Positions 41,714 to 57,834 are shown, counted from the stretch's first letter. The stretch: DNA of 64,000 nt from Eledone cirrhosa (GCA_964016885.1 OZ024742.1:195300001-195364000); one strand, 5' to 3'. Notes: generated from the letters alone by a model not told the origin. Numbers and translations: made by a program.

Positions 41714-42015
41714 TGGTGACGCGACATAGCCGAGTGGTTAAGGAGTCAACTTTGCAATCTTGAGATCGCGGGGTCAATCCCACAGCCTGGCATCATGGGT
41801 AAGAGCCATTTACCATAGAGCCTTGTAAGTGAAATGAGGTAAACCAAAACGGTTTGTAAGTCCATCGGATGGACTGTACCTGTAATTCAAGGGTTTAGCT
41901 ATCATATACGTTGTGACACGCTGAATCTCCCTAAGAATTACGTTAAGGGTACACGCATTTACTAACTGCTTAGCCACTTACGCTATCTTCATGTGCTGGT
42001 TGTTCCCTTGATCAA
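41714..42015 (+). mobile_element. tRNA-derived SINE
   Basis: A-box-like TAGCCGAGTGG and B-box-like GGTCAATCC. The body (GCTGAATCTCCC...GTTAAGGGTACAC) matches reverse-oriented copies at about 31.1 and 55.9 kb. Confidence 0.75.
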
Positions 42016-42279
42016 TCAATGTTAACACACATAGACGACAGCGACGAAGGTCCGTCCGGTAAACTTGATATTGAAGATGGCGACTTCATATTGTCTTTAT
42101 TTACATTTGTTTTTATTTATTTTTGCTACTTTTTTTACTGTTGTTCTTGTTGTTTACCTAGTAATGTTTCAACTGAAAGGATATTTTACGTGTTTTCTTT
42201 TAATGGCTCAAAGAAAGAAAACAAACATAATCTATAAATTGATAAGGATACACACAACACGCATACAGAGAGAGACGCG

Positions 42280-43628
<1,349 letters not shown>

Positions 43629-43924
43629 TAGAAATCAATGACAAAAATTGTAACTAAAACAGTCGCAGACTTAAAGAATTAAGTTCGGCTTTAACTGCTT
43701 CCCAATGTTCGGTTTCGATGAAAATCAATGAGAAAATAAGCCGAGAAAAGCTGTAAGGAATCTCGCATCCTAAGACCCCAATCTTACCAATTCTTGTGTT
43801 CCTTATATTCCATAACAGATGGTTCAGTTATCAGGAATCAGGAGTGAATTCAAATACGTATATACATACATATAAAACGACATGCATACATACATACATA
43901 CATACATACATATAAAACGACAAT

Positions 43925-46900
43925 GTTTAATAAAAAAACAAATAATGTATTACGTGTGATTGACGAAATAGGGGTTGCATATTTACGACGGTAAAAACCC
44001 CAACATTTTGGCAAATCAACGCCTGTTTATATTCCTTAGCAATGACAGTGAAGCATTTTCTTAGTGATAGCAGAGATATTAACAAGAACAGAACACCACC
44101 AAAAATACCATCATATATAACTAAAATAGAAAAAAAGATTGCTGACCTACGAAAAACCATAGGATATGTGACTTACATGCAAACAAACACCAAAAAAGCT
44201 CACTCCTCACCAACAAAGAGTGAAAAATAAAATAGAGACGATGTTTGGTAACAGTAGAACCAGAACTCTTCAATATAAGCTGATCACCCTCAAACAAGAA
44301 TTGAGAGCTGTTAGCGAAAAACGCCGATACCTGAAGAAGGTGGATGAGAGAAAAGTGCTTAATAAAAGATTCAGACGAAACCAAACATCAGTCTATAGGG
44401 ATATGAAGAACAAAATAATAAGTGTCCCAGAAAAACATAGATTCCTTTTGGAGCAAAATATGGGGTGAAAAGAAGAAGTTCAACCAAGATGCAGTGTGGC
44501 CAAGAGAAATCCTAAAGAACTATTGCTCCTACACTACAACAAAAACATACGAAATAAGTGAGGGTACCGTTGAGACTGTGATAGCAAAACTCCAAGATAA
44601 GAAAACACCAGGAAGAGACATGATTGTCGGCTAGTGGTACAAAAAACTGATATTCTATCGGAGGTATCTTACTGACCTCTACCAACAAGTTCTTAAGGGA
44701 GATACACTTATACCAGAATGGTTGACATTAGCACGAACATTACTGGTCCCCAAGAACAAAGACACCCACTTCGCAAAAAGCTACCGACCCATTGCATGCC
44801 AGAACCTGATGTATAAGATGTATACAGCCTGCCTGTACCTATTCCTCCAAGATCACTGTGAAAATAATACCATCATCACAGATGAAGAAGCAGCTGGAAA
44901 GAAAGGGGTTTGGGGATATGCTGAACAACTCCTAATCAACAAAACTGCGACGTCGGAGGTGTGACAACTTAGGAGGAATATGGCTACAGTCTGGCTGGAC
45001 TACAAGAAAGCTTTCGATTCTGTTCCCCACTCTTGGATGATAGAGGCCCTCCAACTTGCTAAAGTCCCAGACATTATTGTCAGAGCCATAGAGAGTCTGT
45101 CTTTTTCTTGGGCTACTATCCTAAGGTTAAAGACAGAGAGGGAGGATTCTATTTTCACTGATAAAATAAAATATTGCAGGGGTATATTTCAGGGGGATAG
45201 TCTCTCTGCGATATTATTCATCTTGTCATTAAACCCCTTGTCCTTTCTGCTCAAGAAATGTGAGGGATACATCATTGGCTCACAGGAGGACAGAAATACG
45301 AACCTAACCCATTTCTTTGTGGACGATCTGAAACTCTATGCCAAGAACATGGATGGGATGAAGAAAAATCTTGACCTGGTTACAACGTTCTCAAAGGATA
45401 TAGGAATGAAGTTTGGCCAAGATAAATGCTCATACATGACTGTAAAGTGGGGACAAACAACAACCCAATTTAGCAACATTGTCAACAATGGCCTAACTCT
45501 TTCACCGATATTTGATGAGAACTGCTATAGATACCTGGGGATAGATGGGAACTTATCTGTAATAAAGAACGCGTAACTATTGCTGTGCTTGTCCTAACAC
45601 CAACGTTTGACGATAGACGAAATCCGAGCAGTTGATGTTGGAACTCGAAAAATACTAAACAACACCGGAAACTTCCACATCAACAGTGACATAGACCGCC
45701 TTTACTTGAAACGTAAGCAGGGAGGCAGAAGCCTAACATCAGACCAGACAACATTTGCATGTCGCATTCATATCTCTCCGACATCTACGAACCTCGAAGC
45801 GTAGGAGCCCGTCTCTCGAGCAAGTCTATCTGGATGAATCAGATAAGATCATGAGAGTTGGGAAGGAACTCCTCGAGAGATATTCCCTGTGTGATAATCA
45901 AAAACTCACACCCAGGGATGTCGTTCAGCCGTATCGCAGTGAATCCGTGGATGAAAAACTGCATGCTTATCAGCAAAAAATCATGCATGCATATGTTTCC
46001 AGGCAGCTCCAGAGTGAGAGTAATATAGATAAGGAAAGTAGTCTATCTTGGAGCAACAACCGCTATATTGGCTCCAGTTTGAAGGATACCCTTTTGCAAT
46101 CCAGGAACAGGAGATTAGCACGAAATACCTGATTCACAAAAGAGATAGGGATGCAAGCAAAACACCTAGATGTGATAACAAGTGCAGACTCTGCAGAACT
46201 AACATCGAGGATATCACCCATATCATCAGCAGCTGTCCAAAGATGTCATCGCGGTACTATCTACCTATGAGGCATGATGTAGTGGCCAAAACACTGTAAA
46301 AAAGATAGCCCGATAATAAACACATTAAAAGCTACAGCAATGTGGAAGACATCCATGTACATAATATGAAAGAGTACTGGTGGAATGTTCCAGTAAAAAC
46401 CCCAATAAAATGCAGGCATAACAGACCAGATATTATGATATGGGACAGGGAGAAGAAAGCATGCACAGTAGTGGAAATTAGCTGCCCAGCAGATGCCAAT
46501 ATAATATCAAAGATTAGCGAAAAGGAGAATATTTATGCAGAACTGATGAGAAATCTGCAGATACTCCACCCTGATATAACCTTCAGATTTATTGCTGTGA
46601 TTATTGGGGTACTGGAGTATGTTAGTAACTACCTCAATACAAATCTTGAGAAGCTAGGCTTCACAGGAACAGAAAGAACACAACTAGTTAGGAAATTACA
46701 AGTACAATCCATTAATGGAACAGTAAAAATATGTAAAATATTCCAAAAATGTTGAATCTAATAACTGCATATACACATGCACAGATACAAAGCATATGCG
46801 CATGCACACATACAACTCAAAACATACACATCCACACATACAATAACATCCATATCTACACATGCAGACATGCAGACATAATCTACCTAGTTGATGTGTA

Positions 46901-46988
46901 AATTCCAATGAGAGAGTCTTGTGTCTATGTTAGAAACCGACTCTAGCTATTGGTAAAAATTTATGAAATTATAAAACCAGAAGACCAC
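43925..46988 (+). mobile_element. Degenerate non-LTR retrotransposon with RT and a C-terminal restriction-like endonuclease (R4/Dong-like)
   Basis: Collinear broken ORFs carry RT motifs (KTPGRD, YRPIAC, WLDYKKAFDSVPHSW, GIFQGDSLS, FVDDLKLY, YRYLGI), a CCHC knuckle (CRLC...HIISSC), RHD, and an RLE motif (RPDIMIWD...VEISCP...KENIY). Several stops and frameshifts. Confidence 0.93.
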
Positions 46989-47003
46989 ACATACATACAT
47001 ACA

Positions 47004-47035
<32 letters not shown>

Positions 47036-47061
47036 CATACATACATACATACATACATACA

Positions 47062-47097
<36 letters not shown>

Positions 47098-47133
47098 CAC
47101 ATATATACACATATCTCTATATATATATGTATA

Positions 47134-47191
<58 letters not shown>

Positions 47192-47202
47192 TATACATAC
47201 AG

Positions 47203-47257
<55 letters not shown>

Positions 47258-47262
47258 GTGTA
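46989..47262. repeat. (TACA)n/(TA)n microsatellite at the 3' junction of the R4-like element
   Basis: Direct reading of the sequence. Confidence 0.95.
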
Positions 47263-47505
47263 AAATAGTTACTCTATAAAACATAATTCAAAATATTGCA
47301 TCAGAAAAAAAGAAATAAAATATTATTGGATTTGTTGAAAAAAATCGTTTTTTATGAAAATAATTCAAATATTTTTCACCCCACCGCCACCCCCCAAAAT
47401 ATTATATATAACAGAAACTTTATTGGATTGTGAAATAAAAGATTTCTTTGGTTTGACAGAGTCAAACATCAGATTTCTGGCCCGGTATATCGTTTATTAT
47501 ATAGT

Positions 47506-48535
<1,030 letters not shown>

Positions 48536-48635
48536 TCCCCAAACCAAAACCATACTTCACCTACAACAAAATATTTACTTTTGTCTCAATATATTGTGTT
48601 CGTGTCCCACCCTATCTCTACTTTTACTGTCATAG

Positions 48636-48906
48636 TGAACCCAGTCAAGATGTTTGGTTAAGAAGGTCCCTTTGTGGTTACTTATTCCTTCCCATTTCGC
48701 GATATTTTAAGTAAATGGATCCTCACTCTCGATGCAAACCCTGAGTGTAAAATTTGGTTGACGGAACGGAAACTGTGTTGAGGCCTTTCCGGTCGACTGA
48801 CCGTTCTGCACTGGTAGATTTAATCCGGCACCTGCTTTAACATCACTTGAATACCTTTATCTGAGTCCACTTTGCCGGTTGCAATTATTCGGATCAGCTT
48901 TCCGAA
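48636..48906 (+). CDS. Candidate pair of phase-compatible exons (48636-48710 and 48818-48906), product unknown
   Basis: Splice-like signals catag|...AA|gtaaat and CTGAC...ggtag|...A|gtaaga. The joined frame reads EPSQDVWLRRSLCGYLFLPISRYFKFNPAPALTSLEYLYLSPLCRLQLFGSAFR. No homologue recognised. Confidence 0.25.
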
Positions 48907-49246
48907 GTAAGAGATGAAGATTGTTATTGCTGTTGTTGGTGTTGGTGTTGGTGTTGTTGTTTTGTTTTTGTTTTGATTTTTCTTTTGCAAAATCTGGAGA
49001 AAAAGGCAGCACCTCTCAAAGTGGAGATATTGATGATATTAGAGTTCTGGTTAAATGTCTACAAGTTAAGATGTCTTCTGCGTTTGTATTCTTTTATACT
49101 TTTGCTAGTTTCAGACATTAGAATACTGCCATACTGGGGTACCGCCTTTATTAAATCGATCTTGTTGACCTCAGTGCCTATTTTGTTGGTCTCTTTTTTA
49201 TTGAACCGCATGAACACATACACATACACAAACAAACAAACATGCA

Positions 49247-49337
<91 letters not shown>

Positions 49338-49338
<1 letters not shown>

Positions 49339-49490
49339 GAGGAACGTGGCCTAGTGATAAGGGTGTTGGACTTACGATCATAATGTGGTGGGTTCGATTC
49401 CTGGGTTGCGTGTTGTGTTCTTAAAAAAAAGACTTCATTACACGTTGCTCCAGTATACTCCGGTGAAAATGAGTACCAGCAATAGCTGGA
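49338..49490 (+). mobile_element. tRNA-derived SINE with a Meta-domain-like core
   Basis: A-box TGGCCTAGTGA and B-box GGTTCGATTCC, followed by GTGTTGTGTTCTT...TTGCTCCAGT...AAATGAGTACC. Confidence 0.7.
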
Positions 49491-50160
49491 GGTTTAACCC
49501 TGGCGTCCTGTCCATTTCGTTAAAAATGTTTCATCTTGATGTTATAGTCACTTATATGTCTAATTATAGTAGGCTTTTTGCTTACATTAATTTCTCTATT
49601 TTCATTTATATATTAATACTTGGAGCAGTCCTTGAGTGCTTACTAATATTTGTGACTAATCCCAGTTTTTGTAAAATAACTGCGATAATATTGCTTAGGC
49701 TGAACTCCATATCTTTGTTGAGTTTTTTCGGAATGTTTTGACTGGTGTTTCTTGTAAACAGATTTTCGTCTCATCCCGGCATCACTAGTGTGTGTCCACG
49801 TGTGTTTTGTTATTTCAATTCTACAAGATGTTTGCTTGCCTGCTTTCAATTTCTCCCCTCCGGCATTTTAGCAGCACTGTTTAGTTAACGTGTTTGAGCA
49901 CTACTGAAGATCGATTCCAAACTGTGACTAACCCCACCGAGTTATTCCATTTCTGTCAACAACTTACTGGTTAAACAGATCTCTTTGGATTTGTACGTGC
50001 GTTATATAATTTTAGAGGTATTTATTTACGCTTTAATTTATATTTTTAATTATCGTGTCTAAAGTCTGCCGTCATAGGTTATAGATTCCATACACAGGTG
50101 GCTTTTCCCTGTTTTATTGATAGCGCACTGTATCTCTCTCTAGTGTGTTACCTTTTCAAC

Positions 50161-50201
<41 letters not shown>

Positions 50202-50202
50202 G

Positions 50203-50303
50203 GAAAAAATGAAACGAAATTTCATTTCTCACTCTTAGTACGGCTGTTACTTAAATATAAGTATCTATACGTACATACATATATATATACAGACGTACAG
50301 TAG

Positions 50304-50357
<54 letters not shown>

Positions 50358-50855
50358 CATGCACACATATATATATGTACGTATGGATTCACCGAACATT
50401 TATTATAATGCTCGGTGTGTTTGTAAACAAACATCCCGAATTAAGCCGTACAGTGTCTAGCAACCATCGTTGCTCATTTGTTCAACACTGACAAAGGAAC
50501 GCTGTACTAGTTTCAAGCTTATTAGCTATCGTCAGCAATGTATACCTTCCTGCCAGATGGTTCAACGTCTGAAAATATATACTTTCCTTATGCATATTAA
50601 CGGCTGAGCAGCCTAATTTGCATATCGAGTGAGTTAATCGGCCGGGGTACCGAAAACGATAAATTGAAAAAATGAAACGAAATTTCATTTCTCACTCTGA
50701 GTACGGCTGTTACTTAAAAATAAGTATGTATACGTACATACATATATGTATACAGACGTACAGTAGTATGTATATATATATATATATATACATACATGCA
50801 CACATATATATATATGTACGTATGGATTCACCGAACATTTATTATAATGCTCGGT
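50203..50855 (+). repeat. About 200-bp direct repeats (50203-50416 and 50666-50855) around a 250-bp unique core
   Basis: GAAAAAATGAAACGAAATTTCATTTCTCACTC...ATTATAATGCTCGGT occurs twice. The copies differ mainly in TA-run length. Confidence 0.92.
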
Positions 50856-50861
50856 AAACAA

Positions 50862-50918
<57 letters not shown>

Positions 50919-51087
50919 CAAGAATATATATTCATGCAAGAATCATCTAGTTTCTTGAAACCTTCGGTTATGAAATAGTTATATTGTATTGTTTATTATG
51001 TAATTAAACATTTCTGTACAATACATAGAGCACACTTTTTTCCTTTACCTTGTCTATGGAAATACTTAACATATATACAGCAATGTC

Positions 51088-51201
<114 letters not shown>

Positions 51202-51209
51202 GATGAATG

Positions 51210-51690
51210 ATTCTGTCGTAAGTATATTTGGCTGACGATCGTAAGATCACGAGTTCGATTCCTGTATACCTATTTTCACTCCATTCCACTCAGCTGGAAA
51301 ACCTTAATTGCGACGATACCGGTGCCAAATTGTTTTAGCCTTTGCTTTTCCTTTGGACGCCATTATATGTAGCGTATATATGGTACGTATATATGAATTT
51401 ACAACGTTACTGGCGCCTTGCTCTGTTGCCCACGGCCTTTCCTTTGGACATCATATATAGTGTATATACTATATATATAGTGTGAATGTGAATTACGAAG
51501 ACACTGATGCCAAGCTATATCGTCCTTTGTCTTTCCTTTGAACAACATCGCTGGCGTGGGGTGGGGAGACTAACATGCTTACGCAACTGCCAGTCTTCCA
51601 TATAAACACTTTGCACAAGCTTGCGTCTCGGAGATAAACCTCCCAGGTGTACACGCTATGGCTAGACATGACCGATGGAGAAGGGACTAC
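51210..51690 (+). mobile_element. Fragmented SINE (head with GAGTTCGATTCC B-box plus 3' body)
   Basis: B-box and CCACTCAGCTG core, with a recurring GCCTTTG.CTTTCC.TTGGAC-like motif. Family assignment is from memory. Confidence 0.5.
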
Positions 51691-51765
51691 ATATATATAT
51701 ATTTTTTCCATATAACGCGTAAAACTAATAAAACTTCTTGTACCTCTGTTTCTTGTTTCCTTGAA

Positions 51766-51815
<50 letters not shown>

Positions 51816-52172
51816 TAGCGAGAATCGTTTTCAGCTCAGGAATTAACGAAAATCAACGTCCGATATGTGTGGCAAGCGCTCGATGAATCATATGAATCAG
51901 AGCTACAACATACGTTAAGGGCCAAACACACTGAGATGATGGTTAAACATATCATCCGCACAGCCAAAACAAAACGACCAAGTAATTCGGGTCAAACAAT
52001 AAAAATATATGTGTTGATACTTTCCCGGACCCTGGACTGATGGTAAAATCCAGTATTGGTTTCTGCGACTCCAAATCAGGTACTGTCCGCCTACATAAAG
52101 AATGTTGGGCTTCTGGTGAGATGATGAACAAGGAAGTCGTGTTATCAACGGGTTTTGATATATATATATAAT

Positions 52173-52309
<137 letters not shown>

Positions 52310-52583
52310 AGTAGCACAACAGTTAGTTCACCATACCGAGAACAATTGTCTCACCTTATGTGCATCTTTAGTTCTGACTGGTATATATATATGTGTGTGG
52401 GTAAAAGGTAAACAGAACTAACAATACAATCGGTACAGTATATGGAAGGTATATATTAGGTTAACGCTTGATATAGCAGGAAGAGAGTCTTAAGGTTTCG
52501 GACGCTAGTCCTTATATACATACATATACATATAAATAAATAAATAATTATAAATAAATTATCAAAGTTATGGTCAAATCATT

Positions 52584-52637
52584 TAATAGCTGACAATCGT
52601 TTCTTCCAAACTCTCGTTTGGATTCATCGGAGCATTA
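52584..52637 (-). ncRNA. Minimal type I hammerhead-ribozyme-like motif (Penelope-like element type)
   Basis: Minus strand reads TAATGCT-CCGATGA-ATCCAAAC GAGA GTTTGGAA-GAAAC GATT GTC-AGCTATTA. This gives stem I, a CYGANGA core, a 7-bp stem II with a GNRA loop, GAAA, a near-palindromic stem III and a GUC site. Confidence 0.55.
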
Positions 52638-52719
52638 TCAATGTTTGTACATGTAATTAACCACCTATTCAACTGAACAATAATATAGATACATATATAT
52701 TGATGTTGTGAGCACATAC

Positions 52720-52769
<50 letters not shown>

Positions 52770-52830
52770 ACATACATATATAAATACATATATATATATA
52801 CATACATACTCATATATATATATATATACA

Positions 52831-52885
<55 letters not shown>

Positions 52886-53254
52886 AGAAGCAAAACATTG
52901 CTTATTGTGATCCAGTTCTTGGTTAAGAAAGCCAGTTTCATGGATGGTTTCAACGTACGGTTAGGGGTAACTCCACAAGTTTGTAAGAATTCCGTTCAAT
53001 CTTGGAGTATAAAGTATAAAAGAGAAAACACAGGTAAGCATTAAGAGAAGGATTTTATCCAGGTATTTACGACCGTTTCATTGGTAAGTGCAACCTTATA
53101 TTGCTATACTGCAAATAGCAGCCACTCAATTATAATTGTTGTTCACAGTCCAAATTTTCAAAATAGTAAGTTACTCTTGAAATAATTCTTGATATATAGA
53201 GAAAAACTCAAAGAGAAGTTTTCGCACTACAAATCGAACCCTTAACCTCTTACT

Positions 53255-53500
53255 ACCAACTCGCACTGTGTAACAACCACTGAGTCTAGCTGAGGACATC
53301 CTCCTCCGCACACGCAGACACAATCCAAACGTAACATATGATGTCGTTTTCAATGAGGCGCTCATTTATCTTGAAAACAGTGTCCTGGAGATTGGTGGTA
53401 GGCCTCTAAGTCACTGCAGCTTACCTGCTCCTGACAGGAGTGTCCAGGGGTCAACGTCTACAGAGCTTCTCCGCGAGCCGAGCTACGAAATCAGTGATTC
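53255..53500 (+). mobile_element. Helitron RepHel coding fragment (region between Rep and the PIF1-like helicase)
   Basis: Translates LSLAEDILLRTRRHNPNVTYDVVFNEALIYLENSVLEIGGRPLSHCSLPAPDR...ELLREPSYE. This matches the Helitron pattern EDIL...NEALI.LE...L....LP.P.R...ELLRE..Y. Confidence 0.75.
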
Positions 53501-53886
53501 TCCCATGGTCAATTGTATGTAGGATAATCTAGGGTTAGCTCGCCAAACAATCTCTTCATCTTTTCTCTGGAGGGCCGAACAAAAAGTATTGTATACTCTG
53601 AGGCTCTAACAATGTAATTTAAATATTTTCTGTTTCTTGGAATTTCCATTATGGTTGTACAAATTATTGTTTGTAAAAAAATGTGTTCTTTGTTCAGCCT
53701 TTAATGTTGTAACTATCAATTTTCTTTAATCTACTGGCTGCTGAACTGGGGAATCCTAAAAACTATTCAAACCCAACATCAGAGCACGTTAATGCCCCCC
53801 TTCGCTGACTTGAGAGAGCGTGTGGTATCTTTGCACCGGAGTGTAGGAGGAATTTCCTGAATGAAAAGATAAAATGCCGGTATACC

Positions 53887-54046
<160 letters not shown>

Positions 54047-54377
54047 AGTTCAAAGAAACAACATGGGTACGTACATTCAAGCATACGCACATAGATGCAG
54101 ACAGACAGACGTACGGACAGACACAACGACAATAGATATTGTAATGTCACTTACGTGGGATGGTCTGTATATCTATTGATCGATTTAAAAGAAGTAATCC
54201 CATATCCCACCATTACACGCCCCTCAATATTGATGTGCACAAATTCAGCTTTGTTTATAACGTCTGCCAAAAGACATGTACAAGTCTGGCAGGCTTAACG
54301 GGTCACTGTTGAAAACATGATTGTTTTTCAGAGTTAGTGATGGTCTTCCCTGGACAGGAGGGGACAGCCATCAATAT

Positions 54378-55610
<1,233 letters not shown>

Positions 55611-55844
55611 ATAAAACGGGGAATACAAAAGACAAGAATGAACATTTGCTTTTCCTGACGGATTAGCTTTTATTGACGCCATTTTTCATAACCACCTTCC
55701 CCGCTCACTCCCTCCTTCTTTCTCTATCTCTATCTCTATATCTATCTGTTATTCCTCGCTTATTCTTTCCTCTACCAATCTTCTCTGCGTCTGTTTCTAT
55801 TGATACAGATGGATCTCCGTCGCTATCGACGATGATTGGTCGAT

Positions 55845-55990
55845 TCAGTTGTTCGGACAACGGAACAACCTGCTCGTGAAATTAGAATGCATGTGACAGA
55901 GTTAAACAGACACATGCCTCATTAACATAATTCTCAGGGAGATTCAGCTTGGTACAATGTGTGACAAGACAGAACCTTTGAATTACTAGA
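55845..55990 (-). mobile_element. SINE fragment
   Basis: Reverse-complement similarity to 41880-42015 (GGGAGATTCAGC, TTGAATTAC). Confidence 0.65.
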
Positions 55991-56159
55991 ACAGACCATC
56001 TTGTATTATGGTGTAAGTGACTGAGCATACCTGCTTAACATCTTTCTCAGGGAGATTAGATTCAGCGAGACAAAATTTGTGATATGACTGTATCTTTGGA
56101 CTACAGATACAGTCTATCAGATAGGATTACAAACAATTTCCATCTATCCAATTTCACTC

Positions 56160-56480
56160 TCAAGATACTCTCGCCAGCGGTATCCTGGTGCAGTCTGCGT
56201 CTAACCCAGGCTCTGCTGCACATCGGGCCCAGGAGGGTAAACTTTGCAAATATCACTCTCCGACAGGTTTGCGGTTGAGCCTGTAGCATTGGAGCCTTCT
56301 GGTGTCTTGGCCCTAGGACCACCTCCCTACTCACCACCATCAGCACGGAGCTGGCTACCCGCAGGTGAGAGCCTCGCGAGTTGGAATGGCTCTTCCAGCG
56401 CGTCTCCCTCACCATCCTCCGGGGGAACGCCTTCTCTATTCTCTCCGTCAGGGCCAGCGCGTGGGGCCCCATTTGCTTAA
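56160..56480 (+). mobile_element. 3' fragment of a CRE-clade-like non-LTR retrotransposon (RLE domain), frameshifted
   Basis: Reconstructed across frames: DTLASG...GSAAHRAQEGKLCKY...EPVALEPSGVLGP...EPRELEWLFQRVSLTILRGNAFSIL. This matches the CRE-type C-terminus AA..AE..K..KY...P.A.E..G..G...QR.S..I.RGNA. Confidence 0.75.
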
Positions 56481-56548
56481 AATCATGAGAGATGGCAAGA
56501 GCGGGTGAGACAGAGGCAGTGGGAGTTGGGTTCCATTGTGTTCGGACC

Positions 56549-56576
<28 letters not shown>

Positions 56577-56579
<3 letters not shown>

Positions 56580-56702
56580 GCAACGAGTAGGACCCCGACG
56601 GCTGAGCTCAAGCCGTTTCGACGGCTAATTCTGGACGGCTAATTCCAGAATTAGCCGTCGAAACGGCTTGAGCTCAGCCGTCGGGGTCATACTCGTTCCT
56701 AT
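56577..56702. mobile_element. Palindromic MITE-like element
   Basis: 54-bp inverted arms (56582-56635 and 56644-56697) with one mismatch and an 8-nt loop. The pairing extends to ATAG...CTAT. Confidence 0.8.
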
Positions 56703-57035
56703 TACCCACTCTACTACCCTAAGTATTGAGTTCTTTGGTGCGTTATGGTCCACCTGGATCCTTACCACATTTCCTTCGTTATATATATATATATATATTT
56801 ATTTATATTATGTATATATGTATATGTTTATTTATATGATGTATATGTATATATGTATTTACCACACCACATATACAGCTTTGAACACCCACTTGTGAAA
56901 CGACATTCGCATTGGTTGGAGAGAATGTAAAATAATCGACATCATATATCTATTTATACAAAGAGAGAGATTCTGTCATAGATATATCTCGACCTGATGC
57001 TATGATAAATGATACTAGCCCAAGTTTCTATGCAG

Positions 57036-57093
57036 TAGGGTTGAACCCCGGACCTAATGGCTGCAAAGCAAACTTCCTAACCATTCAGCCATG
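57036..57093 (-). mobile_element. tRNA-derived SINE head
   Basis: The minus strand has TGGCTGAATGG (A-box) and GGTTCAACCC (B-box). Confidence 0.55.
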
Positions 57094-57239
57094 TTGTGCC
57101 CACTTCTTTATTAGTAGTAGAGAAGTGTATGGCTATTGTTTCGGTCATTACACAGGCAAGTATCAGCCAATCAGAAGTGAAAGTTTCCAACGTTTTCAAC
57201 GTCTCTGTTCAGTCAACCTGAGGATTGAGAGAATATACC

Positions 57240-57690
57240 GGTGATGATGATGGCGGTGGAGATGGTGATGATGATGATGACCGTGGTAATGGTGGTGACG
57301 GCGGCGGCGGCCGTGGTGATGGTTTTGATGGTGTGTATGGTGGGGGGTGGGGGGTGATGGTGATGATGGTGGGGGGATGTTTGTTGTGGTGGCAGCGTCG
57401 GCGAGGCTGTTGGTAGCGGCGATGGTGATGATGGTGTTGGGGTGAGGGTGGTGGTGGTGGTGGTCTTAGTCTTAGCAGCGGCGGCGACTGCAGTGGTGGT
57501 GGTGGTGATGGTGGGGAAGGTGATGATGTTGAGTATGGTGATGATGGTGGGAATAGGTTGGTGGTGGCAGCAGTGGTGGTGGTTGTGGTTATGGTGGCGA
57601 TGGTGAGGATGAGGGTGGTGGAGGCGTTGTTGGTGGTGGTGGTGGTGGTGGTGCTGGTGGCGGTGGCGGTGGCAGTGGTGAAGGTGTTTA
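57240..57690. repeat. Degenerate (GGT/GAT)n low-complexity tract
   Basis: Direct reading of the sequence. Confidence 0.85.
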
Positions 57691-57834
57691 CCAACGTCAA
57701 CACACATAGTTGCAGCTATATGCGTCTGCGTGTTTCTATATACGCATATATAAGTACCTGGGTGTGTGTATATGTGTGTATATGTGTGTATATGTGTGTA
57801 TATGTGTGTATATGTGTGTGTATGTATATGTGTG

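Noticed and set aside
41714-41790. tRNA gene
   Set aside because: A and B boxes are present, but there is no clean cloverleaf and the sequence continues into a SINE body seen elsewhere in the window.
49640-49900. Possible Penelope GIY-YIG tail (LNKDMEFSLSN on the minus strand)
   Set aside because: Only one weak motif, with no recognisable GIY/YIG or RT motifs, which is too little to call.
56101-56583. 160-aa minus-strand ORF
   Set aside because: It is the antisense of the CRE-like fragment and starts inside a TA microsatellite.
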